Positions 1 to 9,160 of a DNA stretch of 32,000 bases are shown here, in pieces (the first letter of the stretch is position 1; the number at the start of each line of letters is the position of its first letter). This DNA comes from Dethiothermospora halolimnae. Its GTDB lineage: Bacteria; Bacillota; Clostridia; Tissierellales; VENL01. Location: the NCBI RefSeq assembly GCF_037577855.1, contig NZ_JBAKFX010000018.1, forward strand, positions 32,211 through 64,210. Reading direction: 5' to 3'. The notes beneath the pieces are model-generated. The model did no database searches. It had not been told where the DNA came from and worked only from the letters and a program-made list of their open reading frames with translations. A program made the position numbers and the translations under genes.

Positions 1-1
1 T

Positions 2-1420
2 GTTAGGATAGATTTACCACAGAAAAAGACTATTATAACTACACCTACTAGTGGAAAGTATGCTTATTTTAGTGGTAATGATAATAATTCAGAAAATTTT
101 ATGACCACAGATTTAGATTTAACAGGGAAAGAAAGTGCTAAGCTAACATTCAAAACTTGGTATGATATAGATCCAGGATTTGATTTTGCTTCTATTATGG
201 TCAAGGAAAAGGGAAAGGAAGATTGGACAGCCATAGAAGGTAATATAACTACAACAGAGGTTGATGATTGGGTTAAAGAAAATGAAACACCGAAAGAAAT
301 AGAAAAGAGGAATCCAGGACATGGTATAACAAATGACTCAGGAAATGAATGGGTAGATGCGGAGTTTGATTTAACTGGGTATGTTGGCAAAGAAATAGAT
401 CTTGCAGTGCGTTGGTATAGCGATGGTAATACACCAGAGAAAGGAATATATATTGACGATATAGAAGTTATAGGAGATGGAGATGTAATACTATCTGATA
501 ATGGAGAAAAAGAATCTGAATTTAAGCTGGAAGATTTTAGTAAGAATGATGGAATAGTTAAATCAGAACATTATTATATACTTGAATGGCGTAATAACAC
601 TGGAAAAATAGATAAGCTATATACTTCGTGGAGTGAAACTGCTTCATATGATCCAGGCCTTGTGGTATGGTATATAGATAAGATGTGGATCAATGATATG
701 GGAAGACCAGATCAAAATACAGAAGCCCACACAGGCTATGCCTTTGCTGGGGTAGTAGATGCAAGTCAAGAACCAGTTTTATATGAATATACTTCAGGGG
801 ATAAAAAAGGAGAAAATGGTATAGAAAGAGTTGGGTATCAAATGTATGATGCTGCATTTAGCTTAAGGGAGAACTCTGGATTTAATAAAAAGGGTGATAC
901 TTATAAAGTTTGGGATTCTGACATAACCCCAAGGTCAGTATTTGATGATTCTAGGGATTATACAAGTAAAAAGTCAGATCCTCAAGGAGGACTTAAGTTA
1001 CCTAAATATGGATTAAAGTTCCTAGTTACAGAGGAGAGTAGTGATAGAAGCACCGCTAAAATCCATATAATGAGAACCGATAGATTAAATAAAGAAATGG
1101 ACATAAGAGATATAGAGGTTAATGGCTCTAAAGTAACAGTGACAGTGGAAAAGGGTGAAAAAGAGTTATCTAGTAAAGCCACTTTATCTTATGTATTAGA
1201 TAGTGAAGAGGGGTTAGTAGAAAAAGTCATTACTTTGACAAAAGACACTAGTGGAAATTATACAGGTTCCATAGCTGAAATAAATAAAGTAAATAGAAAA
1301 GGCATTTGGAAGGTAAGTCACGTAATAATAGAAGATAAAGAGGGAAACGCAAAAGCATTCTATAATTCAGATGTACATTCAGGTTATGGAATAAATTTGT
1401 CAAGTGGAAACATAAAGTAA
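2..1420 (+). CDS. M6-family (immune inhibitor A-like) metallopeptidase, C-terminal portion; 5' end outside window
   Basis: The frame of the listed 101..1420 ORF stays open back to nt 2 (VRIDLPQKKTIITTPTSGKYAYFSG...), so the ATG at 101 is internal. Segments such as KLTFKTWYDIDPGFDFASIMV and VRWYSDGNTPEKGIYIDDIEV resemble the post-catalytic domains of InhA-type secreted proteases as I recall them. A strong terminator follows. Confidence 0.55.
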   Translation, partial: VRIDLPQKKTIITTPTSGKYAYFSGNDNNSENFMTTDLDLTGKESAKLTFKTWYDIDPGFDFASIMVKEKGKEDWTAIEGNITTTEVDDWVKENETPKEIEKRNPGHGITNDSGNEWVDAEFDLTGYVGKEIDLAVRWYSDGNTPEKGIYIDDIEVIGDGDVILSDNGEKESEFKLEDFSKNDGIVKSEHYYILEWRNNTGKIDKLYTSWSETASYDPGLVVWYIDKMWINDMGRPDQNTEAHTGYAFAGVVDASQEPVLYEYTSGDKKGENGIERVGYQMYDAAFSLRENSGFNKKGDTYKVWDSDITPRSVFDDSRDYTSKKSDPQGGLKLPKYGLKFLVTEESSDRSTAKIHIMRTDRLNKEMDIRDIEVNGSKVTVTVEKGEKELSSKATLSYVLDSEEGLVEKVITLTKDTSGNYTGSIAEINKVNRKGIWKVSHVIIEDKEGNAKAFYNSDVHSGYGINLSSGNIK

Positions 1421-1447
1421 AAAAATAAACCTTACTTTATCAATACT

Positions 1448-1476
1448 TTGGAGGATCTCTGATCCTCCAATTTTTT
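1448..1476 (+). terminator. Rho-independent terminator after the protease gene
   Basis: Perfect 10-bp stem ttggaggatc / gatcctccaa with loop tct, followed by tttttt. Confidence 0.8.
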
Positions 1477-1887
1477 AATGTTTAATAAACTTACTTTTTT
1501 TATAAAAAAAGTAACTGCCTATAATAAAGTGATATTAGGCTATATAGAAGTTGTGAAAAATTTTAATGTTTGCATAGTAATAACCACATATTTTTTATTT
1601 AGGTCTTGAATATATTCAGGACGACTTTGAAGCCATACATAAATTTATGGACTCCCCAGCTCCCTGCTCTCTGCACCTTGCACAGAACAAAGAAAGAACA
1701 AAGTCACCTTTGTTCTGAAACTTTTTTCGCTATAATTCGTCTAATGAATTAGTCTCCATTATACTTTAGAAAATAGCTATTATAATAGATAACAAATATT
1801 TGGAATATATATATTTTTATATTACATTGTACAAGCTATTGTAATATGATATTATTAAAAAGACTATATATGATTTAGGAGGTTATT

Positions 1888-3231
1888 ATGGGTAGTTTTT
1901 TTGGAACAGATGGAGTAAGGGGTATTGCAAATAAGGAATTAACCTGTGAACTTGCATATAAGCTAGGTAGAGCAGGAGCATATATTTTAACAGAGGGTAA
2001 AAAAAATGCTAAAATAGTTATAGGAATGGATACAAGAATATCGGGAGATATGTTAGAGTCTGCATTAGTGGCAGGTATATGCTCAGTAGGAGTAGATGCC
2101 CTATGTATTGGAGTTGTACCTACACCGGCAGTTGCCTATCTAACTAGAAAATATAAAGCAGATGCAGGCATAGTTATTTCAGCATCCCATAATCCTGTGG
2201 AATATAATGGAATTAAATTCTTTAATGATAATGGATATAAATTAACTGATGAAATAGAAGATAAAATAGAAGGTATAATCAAAAATGATGATAAAATAGA
2301 AAATCCAGTGGGAGAAAAGGTTGGTAAAAAGGAAGTTGTAGATAATGGAGTAAAAGAATATACTGATTACTTAAAAACAACTATAGATGTTGACTTTACA
2401 GGACTTAAAGTTGCGATGGACTGTGGTAATGGAGCCTGTTATGAAGCGGCTCCAATGTTACTTGAAGAATTAAATGCAGATATAAAAGTAATAAATGATG
2501 AGCCAAATGGCATAAATATTAATGTTGAATGTGGATCTACTTGCCCAGAAAAAACACAGGAACTGGTCAAAGAAATAGGGGCAGATATAGGAATAGCTTT
2601 TGACGGAGATGCCGATAGACTTATAGCAGTTGATGAAAATGGAGATATAGTAGATGGTGACTATATAATGGCCATATGTGGTGAGTACTTAAAATCTAAA
2701 GGGAAACTTCCCAAGGATACAGTAGTTGCCACTGTTATGAGTAATATGGGACTTGATATTTATCTTAAAGAAAATACTATGGATATAGTAAAAACTAAAG
2801 TGGGAGATAGATATGTTGTTAAAGAAATGCTAGATAAGGGATATTCTTTAGGTGGAGAACAATCGGGACATATAATATTTTTAGATTACAACACAACAGG
2901 AGATGGCTTATTAACAGCTATACAATTAATATCGGTATTAAAGGAAAGTAATAAAAAGATGTCTCAACTGGCTAAAGGTATGAAAAAATTACCTCAGATC
3001 CTTGTAAATGCTAAGGTATCTCAAGAAAAGAAAAAAAATTATTTAAATGATAAAATAATAAAAGAAGAAATAACTAAGGTAGAAGAAAGGTTTAAAGGAG
3101 AAGGTAGAGTCCTTATAAGACCTTCAGGTACAGAACCCCTAGTTAGAGTAATGATAGAGGGAAAAGACACAGATGAAATAAAAAAAATAGCAGAAAACTT
3201 AGCAGGAATTATAGAAAAAAGACTTAAGTAA
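1888..3231 (+). CDS. glmM: Phosphoglucosamine mutase
   Basis: N-terminal FGTDGVRG and the catalytic phosphoserine loop [16 protein letters not shown] are present, with a length of 447 aa. RBS aggagg lies upstream of the ATG, and the gene is linked to glmS. Confidence 0.93.
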   Translation: MGSFFGTDGVRGIANKELTCELAYKLGRAGAYILTEGKKNAKIVIGMDTRISGDMLESALVAGICSVGVDALCIGVVPTPAVAYLTRKYKADAGIVISASHNPVEYNGIKFFNDNGYKLTDEIEDKIEGIIKNDDKIENPVGEKVGKKEVVDNGVKEYTDYLKTTIDVDFTGLKVAMDCGNGACYEAAPMLLEELNADIKVINDEPNGININVECGSTCPEKTQELVKEIGADIGIAFDGDADRLIAVDENGDIVDGDYIMAICGEYLKSKGKLPKDTVVATVMSNMGLDIYLKENTMDIVKTKVGDRYVVKEMLDKGYSLGGEQSGHIIFLDYNTTGDGLLTAIQLISVLKESNKKMSQLAKGMKKLPQILVNAKVSQEKKKNYLNDKIIKEEITKVEERFKGEGRVLIRPSGTEPLVRVMIEGKDTDEIKKIAENLAGIIEKRLK

Positions 3232-3240
3232 GGAATAAGT

Positions 3241-3660
3241 TGATAATTGAGAATTGAGAGTGGAGAGTTAAGGTACAAATCAGCCTTGGCTGATATCAGA
3301 GTATTGACAAAGTAAGTAAAAATGTCCGCCAGTCCTCGGATTTGGAAAATATATAGAAACGGTCGAAAATAGAATTCCAAACTCGCTATGCTCAAACAGT
3401 GGAATTCAAGCGATTTTCTCCCTTATTCTATATTTTCACAAATCCTGCGGAATGGCTCCCATTTTTACTTACTTTGTCTAAAGAGGCTTTGTCAACAGAC
3501 TGAAATCAGCCTTGGCTGATATAACATATAATAAACAGCCATTAAACTTTGCATCAACAACGACCATTAACTATTAACTCTTAACTAGAAAAAGTAATAG
3601 CTTCGATTTTAATCGAAGGTCACCACAATTTTCAACTGTCAATTGTCAATTAATTAAAGG
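3241..3660. repeat. Composite palindromic intergenic element (MITE-like or structured RNA)
   Basis: Imperfect inverted ends: taattgagaattgagagtgga at 3244 versus the reverse complement of caactgtcaattgtcaatta at about 3633-3652. A 20-bp direct repeat aaatcagccttggctgatat (itself a hairpin) occurs at 3277-3296 and 3503-3522. These flank a long imperfect palindrome of about 175 nt (3304-3478; gacaaagtaagtaaaaatg / catttttacttactttgtc). No ORF on the + strand. Confidence 0.45.
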
Positions 3661-3733
3661 GGGGGATGAAAACAAAAAACAAGTAGATTCAAATTCATTC
3701 GAAGGTTTCCATTGGTAAATTAAATAATATTAA

Positions 3734-3900
3734 AGCGCCAGGACTTAGAGGGGACCCCTTTAAGTTGACGAGGACATGGTTTAGCGAAGGTCGGCGGATG
3801 CCATGCGGTGTTACTACCATCGATAGATGCCGGACAAAACACATAAGTGATTATGTGCACAAATAACGGTTGAGTAGTTAAAAAACCAACTTAGGGTGGG
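3734..3900 (+). ncRNA. glmS leader: glmS ribozyme (GlcN6P-dependent self-cleaving riboswitch)
   Basis: Hallmark core AGCGCCAGGACU...GUUGACGAGGA...GCGAAGGUCGGCGGAUGCC...GAUGCCGGACAAAACAC lies directly upstream of glmS. It matches the Bacillus glmS ribozyme core (AGCGCCAGAACU..GACGAGGAUGGAGG..CGGCGGAUGCC) from memory. Confidence 0.9.
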
Positions 3901-4024
3901 TTTTTTTGTGATACGCAAAAAGTTTTAATTCAAAGGTTTTGATGGATACGGAAGCCATCAACTAAGGTTTATATTAAGTAATCTGTAACTTGAAAAATAA
4001 ATATGGAAAGGTGGAATAAATTAA

Positions 4025-5851
4025 ATGTGTGGTATAGTTGGATATATAGGAGATAATAAAGCGGAGAATATTTTAATAGATGGATTAGCAAAGTTAGAAT
4101 ACAGGGGATATGACTCAGCAGGAATAGCTGTATTAAGGGATAGTAAACTAGTAATAAGAAAATATAAAGGTAGACTATCTGTACTAGAAGAAAAGCTTAA
4201 TAAAGAAAATCTAAGTTCTAATGTGGGAATAGGTCATACAAGATGGGCAACCCATGGAGAACCATCAGATGCAAACTCTCATCCCCATGCCAATGGGAAT
4301 GACACAATAGCAGTTGTGCACAACGGGATTATAGAAAACTTTATGGAACTAAGGGAACAACTAGAAGAGGAAGGTTATAAATTTAAATCGGAAACAGATA
4401 CAGAAGTAATATCCCATCTTATAGATTATTACTATAAGGGAGATATACTTGAGGCTGTAAGAAGGGCAATCAAAAGACTAGAAGGAGCTTATGCTATCGC
4501 AGTTACATCTAAGGATGAACCGGATAAATTAATAGCAGTAAGAAAAGACAGTCCATTAATTATAGGAATAGGAAATAATGAAAACTTTATAGCATCTGAT
4601 ATACCTGCCATATTAAAATATACAAGAAATGTATATATATTAGATGATGGAGAAATGGCAGTTATTAAAAAGAATGAAATAGAATTAATGAATATAGAGG
4701 GAGATAAAATAGATAAAGAAGTGTTTAATGTAACATGGGATGTGGAATCAGCAGAAAAAGGTGGATATGACCACTTTATGATAAAGGAAATATATGAGCA
4801 ACCAAAGGCCCTTAAAGAAACTCTATCTCCTAGGATAAATGATAAAAAGGAAATCAACTTAGACGGAATAAACTTAACGAAGGAAGAAATAGAGAAGTTT
4901 AGCAGAGTCTATATAATAGCTTGTGGTACTGCATACCATGCAGGGCTATTAGGAAAATCCTTAATTCAGAAGTATGTAAAGATACCCGTAATAACTGATG
5001 TTGCATCGGAATTTAGATATAGTGATCCATTTATAGATGAGAACACCCTTATGATAGTAGTAAGTCAATCAGGGGAAACGGCAGACACATTAGCGGCACT
5101 AAGGCTTGCTAAAGAAAATAAAGCAAGGGTTATGGCAGTTACCAATGTGGTAGGAAGTACTATTTCAAGGGAAGCGGATGATGTAATATATACTTGGGCA
5201 GGACCAGAAATAGCAGTTGCTTCAACAAAGGCATATACAACTCAAATGTTATCCTTTGGATTAATAGCCCTTGATATGGCAATAAAGAAAGGAACATTAT
5301 CAAAAGCGGAGGCAGATAAAGTAATAGATGAGCTAATTAGTGCATCAGATAAAGTAAAAAGTATACTAGAAGATGTTAAATTAACAGAGGAAGCAGCAGA
5401 AGAAATATATAACAAAGAAAATGTATTCTTTATAGGTAGGGGAATAGACTATGATGTTGCTAGAGAAGGATCATTAAAACTTAAAGAAATATCATATATT
5501 CACTCAGAAGCAATTCAAGCAGGGGAGTTAAAGCACGGAACATTGGCCCTTATAGAAAAAGGAACTCCAGTGATAGCCCTTGCTACTCAAGATAAATTAT
5601 ACGATAAAATGCTAAGTAATATGAAAGAAGTAAAAGCTAGAGGAGCCCATGTAATAGCAGTTGCTAAAAAAGGAAATAAAGAAGTAGAAAAATCAGCAGA
5701 TAAAGTAATATACATTCCAGATGTATTAGATGAATTAGCATCTATACTAAGTGTCATACCTTTACAATTATTATCATATTATGTAGCAGTAAAAAGAGGT
5801 TGTGATGTTGATAAACCAAGGAATCTCGCCAAAAGTGTTACTGTGGAGTAA
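4025..5851 (+). CDS. glmS: Glutamine--fructose-6-phosphate aminotransferase (isomerizing)
   Basis: Starts MCGIVGYIG (Ntn Cys nucleophile), has two SIS-type segments and the C-terminal KPRNLAKSVTVE typical of GlmS. Length 608 aa, preceded by the glmS ribozyme. Confidence 0.96.
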   Translation: MCGIVGYIGDNKAENILIDGLAKLEYRGYDSAGIAVLRDSKLVIRKYKGRLSVLEEKLNKENLSSNVGIGHTRWATHGEPSDANSHPHANGNDTIAVVHNGIIENFMELREQLEEEGYKFKSETDTEVISHLIDYYYKGDILEAVRRAIKRLEGAYAIAVTSKDEPDKLIAVRKDSPLIIGIGNNENFIASDIPAILKYTRNVYILDDGEMAVIKKNEIELMNIEGDKIDKEVFNVTWDVESAEKGGYDHFMIKEIYEQPKALKETLSPRINDKKEINLDGINLTKEEIEKFSRVYIIACGTAYHAGLLGKSLIQKYVKIPVITDVASEFRYSDPFIDENTLMIVVSQSGETADTLAALRLAKENKARVMAVTNVVGSTISREADDVIYTWAGPEIAVASTKAYTTQMLSFGLIALDMAIKKGTLSKAEADKVIDELISASDKVKSILEDVKLTEEAAEEIYNKENVFFIGRGIDYDVAREGSLKLKEISYIHSEAIQAGELKHGTLALIEKGTPVIALATQDKLYDKMLSNMKEVKARGAHVIAVAKKGNKEVEKSADKVIYIPDVLDELASILSVIPLQLLSYYVAVKRGCDVDKPRNLAKSVTVE

Positions 5852-5913
5852 GTATTTCCTGGGAAATTTGTCGGTTGGGAAATATAAAAATATAAGATAA
5901 TATCATAATTAAA

Positions 5914-5960
5914 GTCATATAAATTTAGACTAAAAAGATCTAAGTTTATATGGCTTTTTT
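5914..5960 (+). terminator. Rho-independent terminator after glmS
   Basis: 15-bp stem gtcatataaatttag / ctaagtttatatggc (two G-U pairs) followed by tttttt. Confidence 0.7.
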
Positions 5961-6130
5961 GTATAATAATTAATTATTTATAAAAATAAAGGATCATATA
6001 TGGACTTTGTCATATGTGTTTTTGAGTTAATTTCCATAATTTAAAATATAACTTAATGCTTTATTAGCCTAAAATAGGGTAAATAAAAAGTAAATTATAT
6101 TCAACTAGAAAAGGGGGAGGTGGGGATGGC

Positions 6131-7339
6131 ATGAACATAATATCTTTTTTCGGTCTAATAAGGGAAATATTTAAAAAAGGAAAGCCTGACTTGGAAAAAA
6201 TCGAAGAGAAGGGGCTGTTAGCAGTAAAGATAGGTCAAGTGTTTGCCCTTAGGATTGACTTTTTATCTCCTGAAAAGTGTACTTATCTTTCTAAATTATA
6301 TCAAGATAATAGTTTTTTACCTAAGGAAGACTACGAAGTATTAATAAAAAGATATACAGGACCCTATTGGAGAGACAGATTTTTAAGTATAGAGGAAAAG
6401 CCCCTTGCCAGTGCATCAATAGCCCAAGTTCATAGGGGGAAATTGCATACAGGAGAAGATATTGTAATTAAACTTGTTAAGAAGGATTTTGTTAGTGATT
6501 TTAAGCAAGATGTTAATAAAGTGACCTCATTATTTAAATTTATAACTTTTTTCTATCCAAAGTTAAGAAGAGTAGCTAATCCTGTGGAATTACTTAAAAT
6601 GATTAAAGATGATACTTTATCAGAGCTAGATTTAAACAATGAAATTAAAAATCAAAATATTCTTAAAAAAATTTATAATAATAATAAAGCTAAGTTTGAT
6701 TTGAGTGATTTAAAGTTTCCAAAAGCTTATAAAAACTTATCCAATGAAAGGGTTTTAGTGACAGAGGAAATAAAGGGAGAGACATTTGAGAAATTATTAC
6801 AAAGAAATGAACTGCCCTATGAACAACTATTAAAGTTGTTTCATATACATGGATTTTATATGTTTGTTATAGGAACTTTCCATGGTGATCTTCATCCAGG
6901 AAATATTATGCTTAAAGATGACAAAATATATTTTATAGATTGCGGAGCCATAGGACAAGTATCTAAAAACTTAAGGGTAGGTCTCTTTAGATTTATGAAA
7001 CATTTAAGCTACTATGAGTTTGAAAGCTGTGCTAAAAGTTTAAATGACATGTCAGATGTTAAGTTAAAAAAAGATGACTTTAAAAAGTTCCAAAAAGATT
7101 TTTTAAAGTTATATAAAGACTTTCCTAATAAAACAGTGTCGGAGGTAAGTCTGACAAAACAGATGATGGCAACAATAAAGCTTGGAGTTAATCATGGTAT
7201 GGATTTTAATAAAAATATATTTTCCATAATAAAAAGTCTAATGTATTTAGATGGTATGGTTATAAGGTGCAATCCAGATGCAGTATTGATGAAAGATATG
7301 AGGGCTAATGTAGAAGAGTTAGAGAAAACAATAGACTAA
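6131..7339 (+). CDS. ABC1/UbiB (AarF)-family atypical protein kinase
   Basis: ABC1 signature-like ASASIAQVHRGKL, catalytic-loop-like FHGDLHPGNIM and FIDCG. RBS gggggaggtgggg lies upstream. Confidence 0.75.
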   Translation: MNIISFFGLIREIFKKGKPDLEKIEEKGLLAVKIGQVFALRIDFLSPEKCTYLSKLYQDNSFLPKEDYEVLIKRYTGPYWRDRFLSIEEKPLASASIAQVHRGKLHTGEDIVIKLVKKDFVSDFKQDVNKVTSLFKFITFFYPKLRRVANPVELLKMIKDDTLSELDLNNEIKNQNILKKIYNNNKAKFDLSDLKFPKAYKNLSNERVLVTEEIKGETFEKLLQRNELPYEQLLKLFHIHGFYMFVIGTFHGDLHPGNIMLKDDKIYFIDCGAIGQVSKNLRVGLFRFMKHLSYYEFESCAKSLNDMSDVKLKKDDFKKFQKDFLKLYKDFPNKTVSEVSLTKQMMATIKLGVNHGMDFNKNIFSIIKSLMYLDGMVIRCNPDAVLMKDMRANVEELEKTID

Positions 7340-7349
7340 AGTTAGGGGG

Positions 7350-8870
7350 ATGATTATGACAAAAAAAGTATCTATTATAGGAGCTGGACCAGGAGGTTTA
7401 ACATCGGCAATGATTTTAGCTAATCAAGGCTATGATGTAACAGTATTTGAAAAACAGGATTATATAGGTGGACGAACATCATCTTTTACTCTAAATAACT
7501 ATACCTTTGATTTAGGGCCTACATTTTTAATGATGGATTATATTTTAAAAGAGATATTTGAAAATACAGGTAGAGATTTAGAGGATTATATCGATATAAA
7601 AGAAATTGATCCCCTTTATAGACTAGTATTTAAAGGAAAAAGGGAGTTTTACCCAACTAGGGACCAACAGGTTATGGTTAAGGAAATAGAAGAGATGTTT
7701 CCTGGTAATGGAGAAGGTTATAAAAAATTCATGAAAAAGGAAAAAGAGAAATTTGAAAAGTTAATTCCATGCTTACAAGTGCCATATGGAAGAAGAAGAG
7801 ATTTTCTTACTAAAAGATTCCTTAGATCCATTGGCTATTTAGATGCCCATATAAGCCTTTATGATAAGTTAGGAGAGTATTTTAATGATGATGATCTTAA
7901 AATAGCTTTTACATTTCAGTCTAAATATTTAGGTATGTCTCCATGGGAATGTCCAGGAACCTTTAGTATTTTGTCATATATAGAACATGGAGGGGGAATA
8001 TATCATGTAATGGGGGGACTTAATCAGATTACAAAGGCTATGGCGAAAGTGGTTGAAGAAGAAGGTGGAGAGATTAAATTATCCACTGCTGTAGATAAAG
8101 TTATTATAGAAAATGGAAAGGCAATAGGGGTGAAGCTAGAAAATGGAGACATAGAGTATAGTGACCATGTTGTATTAAATGCTGATTTTGCCCATGCAAT
8201 GAATAATTTAGTAGAGGATAAACATAAGAAGAAATATACTAATAAGAAACTAGAAGAAAAGAAATATTCTTGCTCTACATTTATGCTGTATTTAGGTGTG
8301 GATAAGATATATGATATTCCCCATCATAATATAATTTTTTCTGATGACTATAAAAAGAACGTAGACGAAATAACAAAATATAAAATATTATCTGAGGATC
8401 CGTCTATATATATTCAAAATGCAAGTGTTAGTGACTCTAGCCTGGCACCGGAAGGGAAGTCCACCATTTATGTCCTAGTACCTGTGGCTAATAATAGTGG
8501 CAATATTAACTGGAAAGAAGAAAAATCAAAATTAAGGGAAAAAGTTCTAGATATTATGGAAAATAAAGCAGGATTAAAGGATATAAGGGAGCATATAGAA
8601 GTGGAAAGGATAATAACTCCCATAGAATGGGAAGAAGAAAAAGACGTATATAGGGGAGCAGTTTTCAATCTAGCCCATAATGTTGGTCAAATGTTATACT
8701 TTAGGCCCCATAATGAATTTGAAGAATTTGAGAATTGTTATTTAGTAGGAGGAGGAACCCATCCCGGCAGCGGGTTGCCAACTATATTTGAATCGGGAAA
8801 AATATCATCTAAATTAATAATGAAAAAGGATGGTATTAAGGTTAAAGAAAAAGTAACAAGTAAAGCTTAA
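7350..8870 (+). CDS. Phytoene desaturase (CrtI)-family FAD-dependent oxidoreductase
   Basis: N-terminal Rossmann motif VSIIGAGPGGLTSAMILANQGYDVTVFEK and the C-terminal GGGTHPGSGLP motif typical of the CrtI family. The start could be ATG 7350 or 7356. It lies 10 nt after the kinase gene. Confidence 0.75.
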   Translation: MIMTKKVSIIGAGPGGLTSAMILANQGYDVTVFEKQDYIGGRTSSFTLNNYTFDLGPTFLMMDYILKEIFENTGRDLEDYIDIKEIDPLYRLVFKGKREFYPTRDQQVMVKEIEEMFPGNGEGYKKFMKKEKEKFEKLIPCLQVPYGRRRDFLTKRFLRSIGYLDAHISLYDKLGEYFNDDDLKIAFTFQSKYLGMSPWECPGTFSILSYIEHGGGIYHVMGGLNQITKAMAKVVEEEGGEIKLSTAVDKVIIENGKAIGVKLENGDIEYSDHVVLNADFAHAMNNLVEDKHKKKYTNKKLEEKKYSCSTFMLYLGVDKIYDIPHHNIIFSDDYKKNVDEITKYKILSEDPSIYIQNASVSDSSLAPEGKSTIYVLVPVANNSGNINWKEEKSKLREKVLDIMENKAGLKDIREHIEVERIITPIEWEEEKDVYRGAVFNLAHNVGQMLYFRPHNEFEEFENCYLVGGGTHPGSGLPTIFESGKISSKLIMKKDGIKVKEKVTSKA

Positions 8871-8992
8871 AATAATCTATCATAGTAATATTTAGTAAAA
8901 GGTATACTAGAATAATTGTAACAACTATTATGTCTATGGTCCTAATTTTTATAGGGATAGTTATTAGATTTAAAAATAAATATATAGCTAAA

Positions 8993-9027
8993 AAGTAGGG
9001 TTAAACTAAAACTAACCTTACTTTTAT
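8993..9027 (+). terminator. Probable terminator after the CrtI-like gene
   Basis: 11-bp stem aagtagggtta / taaccttactt (one G-U pair), 9-nt loop, followed by a T-rich tail. Confidence 0.45.
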
Positions 9028-9160
9028 AATTTCCATAAAAACATAGATAGTTTTGAAAAGTGAATTAGATAAAAAATACAAATTGACAATATTCGACCAA
9101 TTAAATATAATCAAAGTTAGATATGAATTTTAAATATACTTAATTGGATGGGAGACTTTT

